DNA from: Ramazzottius varieornatus
Lineage: Eukaryota; Animalia; Tardigrada
Direction: 5' to 3'
DNA length: 64,000 bases
Assembly (NCBI GenBank): GCA_001949185.1
Contig: BDGG01000009.1
Coordinates: forward strand, 1,229,624-1,293,623
Shown: piece after piece, positions 46,367 to 59,488 of the stretch
Layout of the letters: each line of letters begins with the position of its first letter
Position numbering within the stretch: position 1 is the first letter of the stretch
Program-made: the position numbers and the translations under genes
Notes under the pieces: model-generated
Databases searched by the model: none
The model's input: the letters and a program-made list of their open reading frames with translations, nothing else
What the model was told of the DNA's origin: nothing

Positions 46367-48148
46367 GGAACAGCTGGGCAAAGGCGATGCCAAGGAAGTC
46401 TAATGGAAAGAGAGAGAGAGAGGGGAGGATATCAGTTACGAAAACTTGCTCAAACCACTGGCTTGTTCCTTGCAGACTGTCCGCATATGGTCTCTCTCCC
46501 ATTTTGATCCCTTTTAAAATCGAAGGGATAATCTATAATGAGTATTGTTGAGTGCGTGTGCCGTTCCGGCAGCCTTTTGTTATGGTTACAATGAAATTCG
46601 GCAGAGAGTGTCTAGCTGGCTTTATTGGCGGGTGAACGACCTATTAGTGGAGCAGTGGACGTCTGCTGGCTTTGCACTGTCTACGGTTGTAATTTGTAAT
46701 AAACTCACCTGCCCGGATGGAGGCTGCGCACTCGTACATGCCTGAAATGCTCTAAAGACTCTTTTGGCCTGTATTTGATCAACTGTTTCAAGTTTTTTCA
46801 CTTGCCTGTCAGGGCGTTATGTGGCAGCAACGGGCCAATGGTCAACGCGAGCCGCTGGTTTCCTGTAAGAGACTGAGAGAAAAATACTGGACTGTCTGGA
46901 CATGAAAACTGGCACGCCTTAATTTCGTGTTGCGGTTACCACTTGGCCAATAAACTTCTGCCTCTGTTTATTTGCAGTATATGTAATGGTGTTGTTTATG
47001 TGTCCGTAACGCATGTGTGGTGTTTTATTGTGCAATATGGCTGCCGTACGGAAGTCCACTGAATGAGTAGCGCCACTTTTTGCTAGCTAAGCTTTTGCGT
47101 TGGCCTACCGTGATGCCGCCACGGGCGTCCTTTTGATCGATGTAGTTACACACCGAACGGATCTTCGGTATCTAGTGGTACACCACGGAGCTAAATAGAG
47201 ATTGTCAGGACGGGTTACATAATCGAACTATCTGAGCGATCAAAAATGGCGTAACATGTCGCTTTAACTTAGCGGCCACAGATCCTAGTGTGGCGACACT
47301 GTGGTCAGTCGCTGGCTGGCTAATTATAAGCTTGCCCTATATTTATAGCGCGACTTTCGCATTTTGCACTGAAGAGATTGATCGCTGCGTAGTCGTCCTC
47401 AACTCTTTTCTACCTCAAATCTTTTGAAAGTTTCAAATTGAATGATATGGTAAACCACAAGCACGAACATTACGGCGGCGGTTCCTTATCTGCGGCTGGC
47501 TGTACATTTCAGTTATGAAACTGCTTAGGTGTACAGAAAGGTGACAAAATGCTTGTCAGCTTCTGTAATTATTGGTTTTTTATTGCGGTTGAGGCCTAAC
47601 GGTGTGACAAGTTTTGATGTATACCTAATTAGCCCTTGTCAGTTATATATATGAATGTGAGCGTGAGGTAGACTAGGTTGATTGACTGTGTGCTGACCAC
47701 TGATGCTGGTGGTTCACATGTGGCCACGCCCTCCTAAAAATGTATTTTGTCTTGTTGCCCCACAAAAAGAGCTTATAAAAGGCTCATATATAACTGATAG
47801 CTTTCCTGGCTCACATCCACATATATATACTTCCTGTCTTTAAAACAGCATCATGTATTTAATATGTAATTGGACGGTATAGTGTGTTATACTGTTGTCA
47901 TATGTACTTGGTGCTGCACTACAAACCCCATTCAGTTACAATAGGTGCTTCGTTATAGCTAGCTTGATTCTGGTTTGTGCCGTATATAACTTAACTGCTC
48001 ATCAGTTATTGTTGCTGCTGCTGCTGCTGTTTACCGACAAACTGCACCTTCAATTTAGACGCCTTGAGCCTGAATTTTCATACCTGCATTTCCAGTAATT
48101 TTCGCCAAGGCTTTTAGGCCAATCTTCTTACTGGGAAACAAGCTGAAA

Positions 48149-50507
48149 ATGTTGCGCTCTGCCTTGTTGACTTGCATTCTGGACTCTTCGATCACATCGT
48201 ACCTTTTCATTGTGATTGTGGTCTTTGGAGCGGTTCACAGGTTTCTGGCCGTCATCTTAAAGCGGAAGGTGCCTTTGCCATCGAGCAGCGGAGGCAGCAG
48301 GCCAAGCTTGCCGGGTCCTCGCGGCTTGCCCTTGGTCGGCAACCTCCTATCACTGGTCGGCGCTGACGCCATTTTCCATCTGAAGCTGACCGGATGGGCA
48401 AAGAAGTACGGCGGCATCTATCGCCTATCTTTAGGCAGCTCCGAGGCCGTCATACTCAGTGATCCCGCCATGATTCGCGAGGCCTTCAAGATGGAGCAGT
48501 TTTCGGCGCGACCGGACATGCTTTTCGTCAAGCAGATCGTCAACGGCAATGGTAAGTTCCTCCGCGACAAAGCTTGGCGTGTCTTGACGTAACGTCAGAT
48601 AGTGACAAAAAAGATTGACTGTGTCAGAAGAGAATATGGAAGTGCGGAAAGAAAGGCACACGTGAGTGACTTCCGAGTTACACATGTTCTTGGCTGTCTG
48701 TTCGATAGAATTTATCGATATCTTGCCGTCTCATCCGCGGTTACGTGGGATGGCGGTTGCATGTACGGACCGAAGGTGATGTGTTATGATGTGATATGCT
48801 GCCGCAGTTCTTGTTGTCAAAAAGGCAGGCATTCTGATTGTTGCCAGAACACACGTGCCATTCAACAACGCTAACGCTTGCATGCGAGGCAGGCAGATTC
48901 CATCCAGATCGCATAATGGCTTGAATGTTTTTGTTGACGATATATGTCGCTTTGAGTAATTACGTTGGGCAAAACCAGCGATATATAACGAGGTCTCCAT
49001 TTGCGTAATTATTTGGGGTTCTCACTGTTCGCCCCGATCAAACTGTGACAGCGTAACCGAAGAAAACACTTGTACGAGTGCGCTAGTCGAGTGTAATTGT
49101 TTTCTGTGAAAAACACTCCCAGCGTTCGCTCCGTCTTTCGAACAAAATTTCGTCCGGAGGGAATCTTGATTATTTGCGGGGAATGCTATCATCAAAACTT
49201 TACTACAGAGTGGTTCCTTCTTTTTCGCGGAAATTTGTGAGTTCTATGTTTAGACTCATTATTATCCGCATGGCTATGGGAATTAACACTTAAAAGACCA
49301 AGGGGGTACCCCGGTTGCCTGGAGCACCCCAAAAGCCTTGCGGAATGGCTACTGTTGAACCTTTTCGTCTCAAATTTTCACGTTTGCTTTCGGAAACTTT
49401 GTCGCTTCCAGTTGAAAAAGACGTGAACTGGTTAGCAGCTTTCTGAAAGTTTCGAGCGACTATTTCGTTTTTGACCAGATTGTGTCTTGAGTTGACAGAC
49501 AAAATTTTTACGCACGAGCTGGCTGACGGAAAGCCTCCTTGAGAATTGGACACAGAGCTAGTACATTGGTACCGTCTTTGACGCTCCAGTATGTTCCATG
49601 CTGTGTGACCAGTGGTCGGAGCAAATTAAAAAGGTCTGGCACTTTGGTTCACCTAGTGGGGCATTTTACTCGAAAAATGCGAAGCGTACATGTGGTGATT
49701 GGCCCGATCTGACCCCACCCCATGATTTAAGCCAGTTAAAAATTGGGGAAGGTGATCTACCCCCTTGTACTCCCAGAGCTCGGAATTGCGTGGTCGTTTA
49801 AGTGTTAAGACTGCCCGTTTAGCCGTGATTATGAGAGAACGATGTGGGAAAGGATGTGTTTTTCGGGTAAGGCCTCGGAAAAGTGGCATCCTCATGCACA
49901 AAAAGCGGCTACAGTGGAGTATGAATGGATGGCGCTAAGCTACACGTTCTGCCTTTCTATTTAGGCGAACAAACAACATAAAATAGTTTGGTCTATATAG
50001 GAGACATTGTCCTGCTAACCAATCTATGATAGTAGCCTCTCGATAACATATGTAACCACGACTGACCCTGAATAATGTATAGTGAGCGGAAGGCCTTAGC
50101 CTCCTTGCTCAAGGTGCGCATCTTCATATGAGGGCCATTGAGCGGCAATTGATGGCAGTATGTCGTATGTCTTATATCTTGTAATTTTGCCACAATGTTA
50201 GCGCAATGAGATCTCGACCATGGCGCTTTCTGCCACTGAAGGTCTGTAAAGAATGGTACGTTGACCAGTTGAATGTATGTGCAATATTCTATCGGAAGGT
50301 CTTTTATTTATTTAATCACAAGCGGCAGTTCCTGCAGCTTAGAAAGAGCGACCCTCATGAAGTTAGCATAGACGGTAGTTTGACCATGTCAGCTAGGAAG
50401 TCTTGGTGTCGATGGGGAATGAAGGTGCTTTGGGAAGGCGCTGCAGAAGGGTCAAGGTGCTACGGTGCCGCAGCTGACGCTTCAAACAGGAATATCATTT
50501 CTTTCGC

Positions 50508-50540
<33 letters not shown>

Positions 50541-53500
50541 GGGGGGAGTGAGTCAACCCTGATGTTTTTTCATTGATGAGTCGCAGGTATAATTGGAGTT
50601 CCGTAGCCGCCATTACGGTAATTCATCATCAGGCCGACCTTGGTTTCAAGGCTACTAGAGCGTCAGACGGTAGTGAGTCAACGAGGATTGAGCGTTTTTC
50701 CTGTGATACGATCGGCTATGTTGCAAGGCCAATGTGCAGATGGTCATGAGGCTTTGTCGCTTGTTACGTGATGGCTTCCGCGAAACCAGCAGACTTAGCC
50801 TACCTACAGTGTTAGGAGAATACAGCATAATCCATGTCGTTTATCCATCCTTGAGAAAGAGTATACGCCGGGCACACTTCAACACTTGTTGTCTTCACCT
50901 ATAGTCATTTCCAAGCATTTTCTAGCTTGTGATATGTACACCGCTTGATTGTTTGTGGTCCTTGCCCGAGGTGGCTGTGTGCGCCAAGAATTAAGCTCAA
51001 CGGGTCGTCATTATTTTCGCTTCGTCCGATGATATGCATTGGTCACACCTTTCACCGTCACGTGCTCATCTTCATATGATTGTTGTTTTGAGTGAGGTTG
51101 TTGCGACAAAGATGAAAGTTTTGTCAGGCGAACGCACGTTGTACGCTAACACGGACCTCCCCAGCACCTCCAAATGCTTTGTCATCTTCTAAATCCGCAG
51201 CTTTTTTCTCAACGAGACCCCCGACTTTTTCCATAACAAAAAGAAGCATCAGATCAGCATCGGCGTCACGTACTGTAAAACCCTTACGCCTATAACCTTA
51301 ATTAAGGTGGATGACAGTCATGGTTTTTTGATTATCTCTTGCAAATTATACTTGAGATTGAGGTGAATATGGAGCACGTCAATACTTTTTATTTCTCTAC
51401 ATCGCGTACAGCGACAAAACTGCCGCAAGGTGGCGATTTTCATCGAGACAATGTCTGCCGGAAATTTGTTAGGCGCCGCATTGTTTGCTGTCATGAGGGC
51501 CTTACAGTGATAGATGACAGTAGGAGCAGCGGGAAACTTCTTTGGCAGTCAAACTGCAAGGAAAATTGGCTGCAGTTTTAATACGGGAAGCGATCGATCA
51601 ACCGATACAGAGTGCCATGAACGGTATCAACCTTGACGCGTTGAGGTCTTGGTACATTTTATACCGGTTGGCTGTATACAGGGATATCAGTGTTTTACAG
51701 ATCAAAGTCGGTACCAACGGCCGTGAACCGGTAACAAAATTGCCGGCTGGTTTATCAGGCGTCTTAACTACAGCCCGCTCGCACCAACTTGCTACCACTC
51801 GTAAAATCAAGTCTGTCTCCACTGGATTAGTCTTGCACTTCCAAACCAGTTTTTTTAGACAATCGTCTATGGCTATCTCCTGACAATTATTGGCCTGAAA
51901 TTTCCTCACGAAAAGACAATATGAATATTAAACTAGAACAGGTACAAAGCGAAAAATGCACCGACTTCTCCGGTTGTCGAGACCGTTCTCGAGAGTTTGC
52001 TTTCCAGTTTTACGTTCAGAAGCCTACGGGACTGTTGTTGAAAATGATTAGAGCAAAGATCGAACTAGAGGAACGTGGTTGGAGCGATGAATCTGCCGTT
52101 AAAATGCAAGTGTTTGTCTGTTTACATCAAACTGAGAACGAAAACTCGACCATGGATTTCTGTAGTCTGCATTTCGCCAACTGTGGTATGTCTTCCCCAC
52201 CGGAAGTCATACTGGTCCAGTTTTTCAAGCTGTTTACCCGGAGCAAATGAGCGAATCATGGTTCAGTCGAAGCAGGTCGAAAAGTTTTATGAAAAGTGTG
52301 GAAGCATGGATTGGATGGCAAAGAAACAATTAGAGTTTTTTGGTTCAAAATGCCTGGTGGTACCAAGTTGGTGCGCGCGGGCTGTAAGTGCTATACTTCG
52401 ACAGCAGGGAATTTTAGCAGAAAGAAGGACTGGAACTGCATTAGCTCAAATGAAAACGCCCTGCTAGTGACCGCAATAAATATCTTAGCCTTCTTGATCA
52501 ATTACAGGTGTGTTTGGTCTTATGGCAGGTCTGATATTTTCCGAAGGGGACTTGTGGAAAGAACAGAGACGGTTCGCTCTGCAGCAGATGCGGCACTTCG
52601 GCATGTATCGGCTGGCAGCCGAAGAGGACCAACTGACGCAAAAGATCCACGGAGAAATACAAGAGTTCATGCATGTTCTGGATGAATACAAGGAAACAGC
52701 GGTAGACTTGGATCAGTTACTGAGCCGAATGATTGGTAACATTTTGTGCACCACCATCTGCGGCAAACGCTTCGAATACAGCGATCCCACCTTTCTTCGC
52801 TGCCTTGATACCATGGAAGAAGGTAGAATAAATCTAGGAATAAATCAGTGATCAACTTGTTGCATCTGCTGGTGTCTTGTGTAGGTTCCAAGCTGGTCAA
52901 GTTGGCCATGGGAATCAACTATCTTCCGGTTTTGCGCTCCATCCCCATGATGAACGCCATTTTCCTCAAGATCAAGAGCAACAATTTGGCCACGAAAGCC
53001 TTCTTTCGGTCATTGATCTCGGAACGAGCGGAGACAATGGAGCCGGGCATTTCACGGGACTTTGTCGATGCCTACCTACATCAGATACAAAAGCTGCGGG
53101 ATGATGAAACCTTTGATGCCTCCTTTTTCACCGGTAAGCACAAGCCAGACACAAGTGCCCAATGTCCGCCCATTGTCTTAGCAATGAGTGATAGTTGGAT
53201 CTTTAACGGCTAGTTAGCACTTAATTAGACGGTGGCTCTAACTAATGGAATGACACCGACCTCTCCATTGATATTGCTCATTCTATCTCCTACTCCAGTC
53301 AAGTCAGTCAGTCTCTCTCACTCCATCAGCATTGGAGACGCCGAAAGAAAAAAGCAACTTGGGGGTGACCAACGGTCAGCGCTTCGAATTAATTTGGTTG
53401 AGTTTTTTCTTTGAAGCATTCCATTGCAGTATGGATTAACGGGAAAGGTTTTTCTTCTGCTGTTTTGTTCTGCTGCTGGCATGTGGTCACATAAAGGAGA

Positions 53501-54432
53501 CCGAGTGACCTGGTGATGAAGGGCGGTCTTGCATGTACGGTGGTCGTTGATGACCATGGTCAAATCAATTATGTCTCCCTGCTAATCCTAATTATTCCTC
53601 TTGCAGATGCGCAGATGATGCAATGTGTCATAGACTTGTTTGGTGCCGGAATGGACACCACTAAGACCTCTCTACAGTGGGCATTCCTCTACATGGCTCT
53701 GCACCCACATGTGCAGGAACGCGTCCAGGAAGAACTGGACCGTATCGTCGGTACAGACCGTTCACCGACCATGGACGACCAGAAAGACTTGAAATTCACA
53801 GAGGCCACCATATGTGAGATCTTGCGCTGCAGTTCTGTTTTTCCCCTCGGCATGCCACATGAAGCGACGGAAGACACCATGTTCAGAGGTTTCACAGTTC
53901 CGAAAGGGGCAACAATCTTCTCAAACTTATACGCTGTCCACAACGATGAAACGTTAGTTACATCGAAAATTCTCTTACTGCGGTATTTCCGCTTTTTTAT
54001 GGCTGGGCAACAGTGTGTCTGTCATTGCAGACTATGGAAGCATCCAGCCGAGTTCAACCCGGAAAGGTTCTTGGTCAATGGCCAAGTAGAGAAACCCTCT
54101 TTTTTCATGCCTTTCTCCACCGGTATGTACTCTGTCCTTCTCGAAGAACCCCGTGTTGTCACGAGTATGCCTTAAAGGTGGAATTTTTGGCAGGTCGTCG
54201 AGTATGTCTGGGTGATCAGCTTGCCAAAGCCGAGATGTTTCTGGTTATAACGTCTGTCCTTCAACGCTTTCACCTTGCCACCCCTTCCGCAGAACCGAAG
54301 CCTGATGCCAGCGGTGTACTTGGTATGAGCTTGAAACCAAAGCCGCATCGACTGATCGCTACTCCGCGAAAGACGTCTGTAGCGGGATCTCCCAATGGTA
54401 AAGGTTCACCTGTTGAATGCAGCGAGAAATAA
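48149..54432 (+). CDS. Cytochrome P450, CYP2 clan, CYP18/CYP306-like
   Basis: N-terminal TM, PGPRGLPLVGNL, WKEQRRF, I-helix DLFGAGMDTTKTSLQW, EILR, PERF, heme motif PFST|GRRVCLGDQLA; first coding intron 48552-52528 (~4 kb). Confidence 0.9.
50508..50532. repeat. (TG)12 microsatellite in the CYP intron
   Basis: Direct reading of the TG run. Confidence 0.9.
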
Positions 54433-55556
54433 GTGTTAGAATAACCAATCGAACGCACATTGGGTCTCTGACTTGTGAGCAGTCTGTGTTGTCAGTCGTC
54501 CAAGATTTTGCACTCTACGGAGTTTACTTTGATCAGGTATTTTCGCTTGCTCGATACTTTGCTCAGTATTGTTTTCGCATTTTGCTGCGGCTTCCTGGCG
54601 CGTCTCTTTTTCTCGAGCTGCTGTTTGTTTCCAGGTTGTATCAAAATGACTGATAATAATTTGCCTGTCTGTCGACTGCAGGCAGTTCAATCACCCTTTC
54701 CAAAAATGCTGTCAGGCCTGTTTTGTTGACGGTCCCTCGAGTCGGTTTTCATTATTTCTCAAGAACAACTGACTTAACCTGGACCTCCACAAGCGCGATA
54801 CGCAGTGGGAGGTCGACGACGAGCCAGATGTTTGATTGATGGGTTCTTCCGTCGTTGCTAATCACATGCGACCATTATTTTGAGGTTCAATCGTTAAAAT
54901 GTCCGTCAGAATGTGACAGCAAAATGGTTCATGGTCACTGGTATATCAGAGAGGTTAGAGGTTCAATCTCTCGGAGTTCATGTTACTAACCTGACGTTTG
55001 GCGCCATTAATTTTGAATTTTTGATGGGGTATTTGCCTGCGCTGGTAGGCTATACCGTACAGTTCGTAACGGCGGTACTGTAATAAGTGTAGCAAAGAAG
55101 TCGCTCACTCCGACCGCCTGCCAAGTTCCTAGTCAACTGCAGCCACCGCAAGGCGTAACAATTTGAGGTAAAAACACATAGATGATGGGCAGAACCCTGC
55201 CCTGGCCGCTTTGGTTTTAAATAAATTACTAAAGGAGCGGAGCGGCGACTGGCGAGGCTAAAAGTGTGCCGGAAGTCTGGAACTGCTGCTCTTCGTCTTC
55301 TTCATCCCAGATCCTGCATGCGCAAGGTGGAAGTAATCGCGCCTCGTCCGAGATGGTGACTTGGTTCACTTATCCGGCGCACGATTATTACTGTTCATAG
55401 GGACTGCCTTTCTGTGCCACCTTTGCCATTCGGAGCTGTTCGAGCTTGAGGCGGCTCAGGCCTGCTTTGTTGCCGTTCTACGCTGGGACTTGGGAGTATT
55501 GTTCGGATCAGCTGACTTCTCAATCCCGGTAGTCTGCCCGTCCGTCAGATCGGACG

Positions 55557-57443
55557 ATGACTTCTTCAGGCGAAACAGAAGCTGAGCTTCTGGACTACGA
55601 CGAGGAGCAGGATGGGGATAAAAAGATGAAAGATTTGACTGTTCAGACGTCGAAGAAGAAGCCACCTGCTTTCGCTGGGTAGAATATTTCTCAGACTTTT
55701 TGTCGAGAGTGACCAGCAGCGCACTGGATCAAAATTGCTCTTGCAGGCACATTGGTACCAAATCTACCAGTTTCAAGGACTTTCTGTTGAAACCTGAACT
55801 CCTTCAAGCCATAGCTGATGCTGGATTCGAACATCCTTCTGGTAAGCTACTTTGCGCCTTTTCCACCAACCGCAAGTGGTCGATTCCTGCTGGATCTTGA
55901 ATTTCTCGACTGCTTTCGGTAAGCCATGTGATGTTATGCCCCCATGTACGTGTCTTTTCAGAGGTTCAGCAACAATGCATCCCCCAGGCGAACGTCGGTA
56001 CGGACATTCTTTGCCAAGCGAAATCAGGCATGGGGAAGACGGGTAAAGAGCCGAGTCACTCTCTCGGGCCAGATCGACTGATGAAAGACGGTACCCTGCC
56101 AATCTTTTTTCTCATGCTGTAGCTGTCTATGTGATCTCGAGCCTACAGACATTGGACGTCAACCAGGAGAAGCCGGCTGTCGTGGTTCTGGCTCCCACTC
56201 GCGAACTGGCTTACCAGATTGCTCAAGAGTTTATCCGCTTCAAGAAGTACCTGAAGGGTGCTCGGCTGGCTCTCTTTGTGGGCGGATACCCCCTTCAGTC
56301 GGACATCGAGAAGATCAAGGACAGAAAGATCAACATTGTCGTCGGCACTCCCGGTCGTATGAAGGCTCTGGTCCAAGAAAAGGCCCTGGACCTCTCTGAA
56401 ACCAAGGTACGTCTGTGGCCTTCGATCCCTTCCTTCGCCTGATCAATGTACAAGTCCTTAATCTGCCTACACCACAAGGTCTTTGTCATCGATGAGTGCG
56501 ACAAGATGTTGGCACCGGCAGAAATGCGCGCTGAAGTCCAAGAAACCTTCATGGCAACCCCACAGAGCAAGCAAGTCATCCTGGTCAGCGCCACTCTGCC
56601 CAAGGACGTACTTCCCATTTGCCGAAGATTTCTCCACGTAAGTTGCCACCTTTGGCTTTTCTGCTGACTTCTCTTCTTTGAACCGTATACGTAATGACGC
56701 AGTATCTGGTTGAATATACAGACGAATCACGCCCACGAGATCATTGTCGACAACGAGACGACCCTGTCGCTGGAGAAGCTCCATCAGCACTACGTCAAAG
56801 CCGACGAAAGCCGCAAGTTGATTGAGCTGAACAGTCTCCTCGATATTTTGCAGTTCAATCAAGTGTAGGTCCAAGTTCACATTTTTATCGATTATCGATT
56901 GTGGCGAGGCCAGGTATCTCTCGTGGGTGATAGTCGCGTTTGCAGGATCGTCTTTGTCAACACGGTAGCTCGATGTGGAAAGCTCAACGAAGAAATGCTG
57001 GCACAGAACTTTCCCACAATTGAAATCAACAGCGCCATGGATCAAGTTGAGCGTCTGGCGCGCTATCATCAGTTCAAGAATTTCGAGAAACGGATCCTCA
57101 TAGCCACCGATCTCTTTGGCCGCGGTCAGATCTTATACCGTTGTTTCCGTTCCTCGGTTTTTAAAGTCGTCATGTCTTTCTAGGTATGGACATTGAGCGG
57201 GTCAACGTCGTCATCAACTATGACTGTCCCAGAGATTCCAATACCTACCTGCATCGCATAGCTCGTGCAGGTCGCTTTGGCGCCAAGGGCCTTGCTGTCA
57301 CTTTTCTTAGTAATGATCATGATTCATCAACTCTGAACGAGGTGCAAGACCGATTCAACATTTCCATCACTAGTTTGCCTGACGAGATTGACCCCAGTTT
57401 GTACAGTGAGACATCTTCCGACATTACGGCAGAAGTATTCTGA
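55557..57443 (+). CDS. DDX39: UAP56/DDX39-family DECD-box RNA helicase (divergent); possible upstream ATG-only exon at 55353
   Basis: [25 protein letters not shown]|[40 protein letters not shown]|[19 protein letters not shown]. Confidence 0.92.
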
Positions 57444-59488
57444 TCCCGGCCGGCGTCGTCTGCGGTTCAAAGTCCCCAAAGGTTGTTTGCTGTAGTTTTG
57501 TGACTTTGTTTCACCTTTTGGCCCCACCGAGTCGTAGGATGGAAGCGGACACCTGTTGCGCTCCCTCGTTTCACTTTCTCAGTTTCTTTGTAGCGGACCA
57601 AAGATTGCCTTCCTTTTTGACTCTTGAACGAATTACACATTTCTCGGAAGCATGGTGACATCTTGTGACGCTATACATCTCTCTTCAGATTTGGATGTCC
57701 GAAGTGCGGCTTCGTCGGCTTGGCGGGCTCACTCACCATCATGCAGATAAATCTAATTCCGAAAACCATGCCAGTTCATCCTTCAGTCTGTGAGCCGAGC
57801 CTGTTTCTAACGTACGTGTTAGCCAAATCAATAAAGATCGTTTCTCCATCAGTCCATCCCCGCATGTGGTCGAAAATCTGGAGACATCGCTTCCCAGTTC
57901 CGAGCGCGAACATTCGTACGGACATGACGTCACTGAAAACGACCATGGTGTTATTGATTCTTGATTTGAAAAAAAGCATTTGGAACCGGGTGATTTGCTC
58001 CTATGGGCCCACGAACGCATCTAACAACATCAAGTTGCTGGTTTCAATGAGGGGCATTCGATAACCAACGCGCACCTATGCGCATCCACAAGTAACGATT
58101 GACCAGTGGTCACCCTGTGGCTGACCACCTGCCCCTGTACAAGGAAAGTTTCCCCTATGTAACAGCTGGCAGCCGGTCGAAAGCGGCAACGTACATCAAA
58201 TTAAGGTGGCCATTACCGCTTTCGGCCGGCTGCCAACTCTTTTGTCCATGCCAACAGTTAGGCGAGGCGCGTGTACAGTATTGTATTTTTGGGAAGAATT
58301 TTTACTGCAGAGTTCTCACTGCGGTCAGTTGTGTACTATTGACATGTGCGTGAAGTCAGAGGAGCAGGAGTGCGAACGTGGTAGTGACGGCGTAACTTCT
58401 GACCTCGTTGAAATACGGAACACTTGTAATTAGCCATTGATTCTCCGTACAACTGGACATGATTATTACATGTCATTGTTGGCAGTGGAAATAAGACTGG
58501 AATGTTCAGGTGGTGGTGGTGGAACATATCCCTTCATTCATCACGTTAGACCCTTACTGCTGATTTTCGGCCGTTAGACCTCTAACGCATCAACGGGGTA
58601 TGGGTCGCCGCCTATTTCCAACAGGGTTCGGGTCAGAACTAACTGGTGTTGCACATAGTGATTAACCATTTCAAGTGGCAATGGAAGCAACGGAAAGCAG
58701 ATCCGCAGTCCACTCTGTTCTTAGTAAAATACCATGTTTCGACAGGTATAGCGGCGGAGATATCATGGGATGTCGGCAAATGAAATGAACAAAATCCCTA
58801 TCTCAGGTGGTGTTCGTGTCCATTGCTAGCGGCACAGTGAGCGCCTCTGAGAAAACCACCAGCTGAACTCATTTGCGGACGGCCATTGACCAAATCACCC
58901 AGTCCGAAATGACTTTCTTTATTTCAGAAAATTTGATTGATCAGCTTGATGTAAAATTTTCATTGCTCAACAGCGGAAGACGGGAGATTAATTCAGCCTA
59001 ATATCGAAAATCATGGAACTGCGACCTACGACCTGTCAAGAACCGGTACAATAGGCAATTTTGTTGCTAGCGCGCGAATTCCGCCTCGGCCGAACAGGAG
59101 ACTTGGTGTTCAAACAACATTCGGAACGGTATTTTTCATATGATAGATATTGATCGACTGATTACCGTTCCAAAGTTGGGCTGCGCTTAATGCTGCGAAG
59201 CCGTTCTGTGTTTTGGATAGTTCGCTCTAAACATCACCCGTCCACCGCGGTTGTTCAAGCGAATTGACAATTTCGAGCAGTTTCGTAATTCGTAGTCTTA
59301 CGGAGAAACTTCGCGGACATCTCTACGAATTGTTCTTCCGGATCGTGGACCAGCTCCGCTTTGCTTCGCAGTGTTGGCGGAAACGCCAAAGCCTGTATGC
59401 TGCAGCATCAGTAGTGTTTCTCTCTTCATTACTAGCGACGACTAGCTTGGCGGAACAGCAGCAGCGATATTGATGATTGGACTTGGCC

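Noticed and set aside
54925-54985. tRNA-like GGTTCAATC motif
   Set aside because: No cloverleaf or acceptor stem can be formed.
57720-58527. Short ORFs between DDX39 and GANP
   Set aside because: No recognisable motifs or splice model, and no FG repeats that would make them upstream GANP exons.
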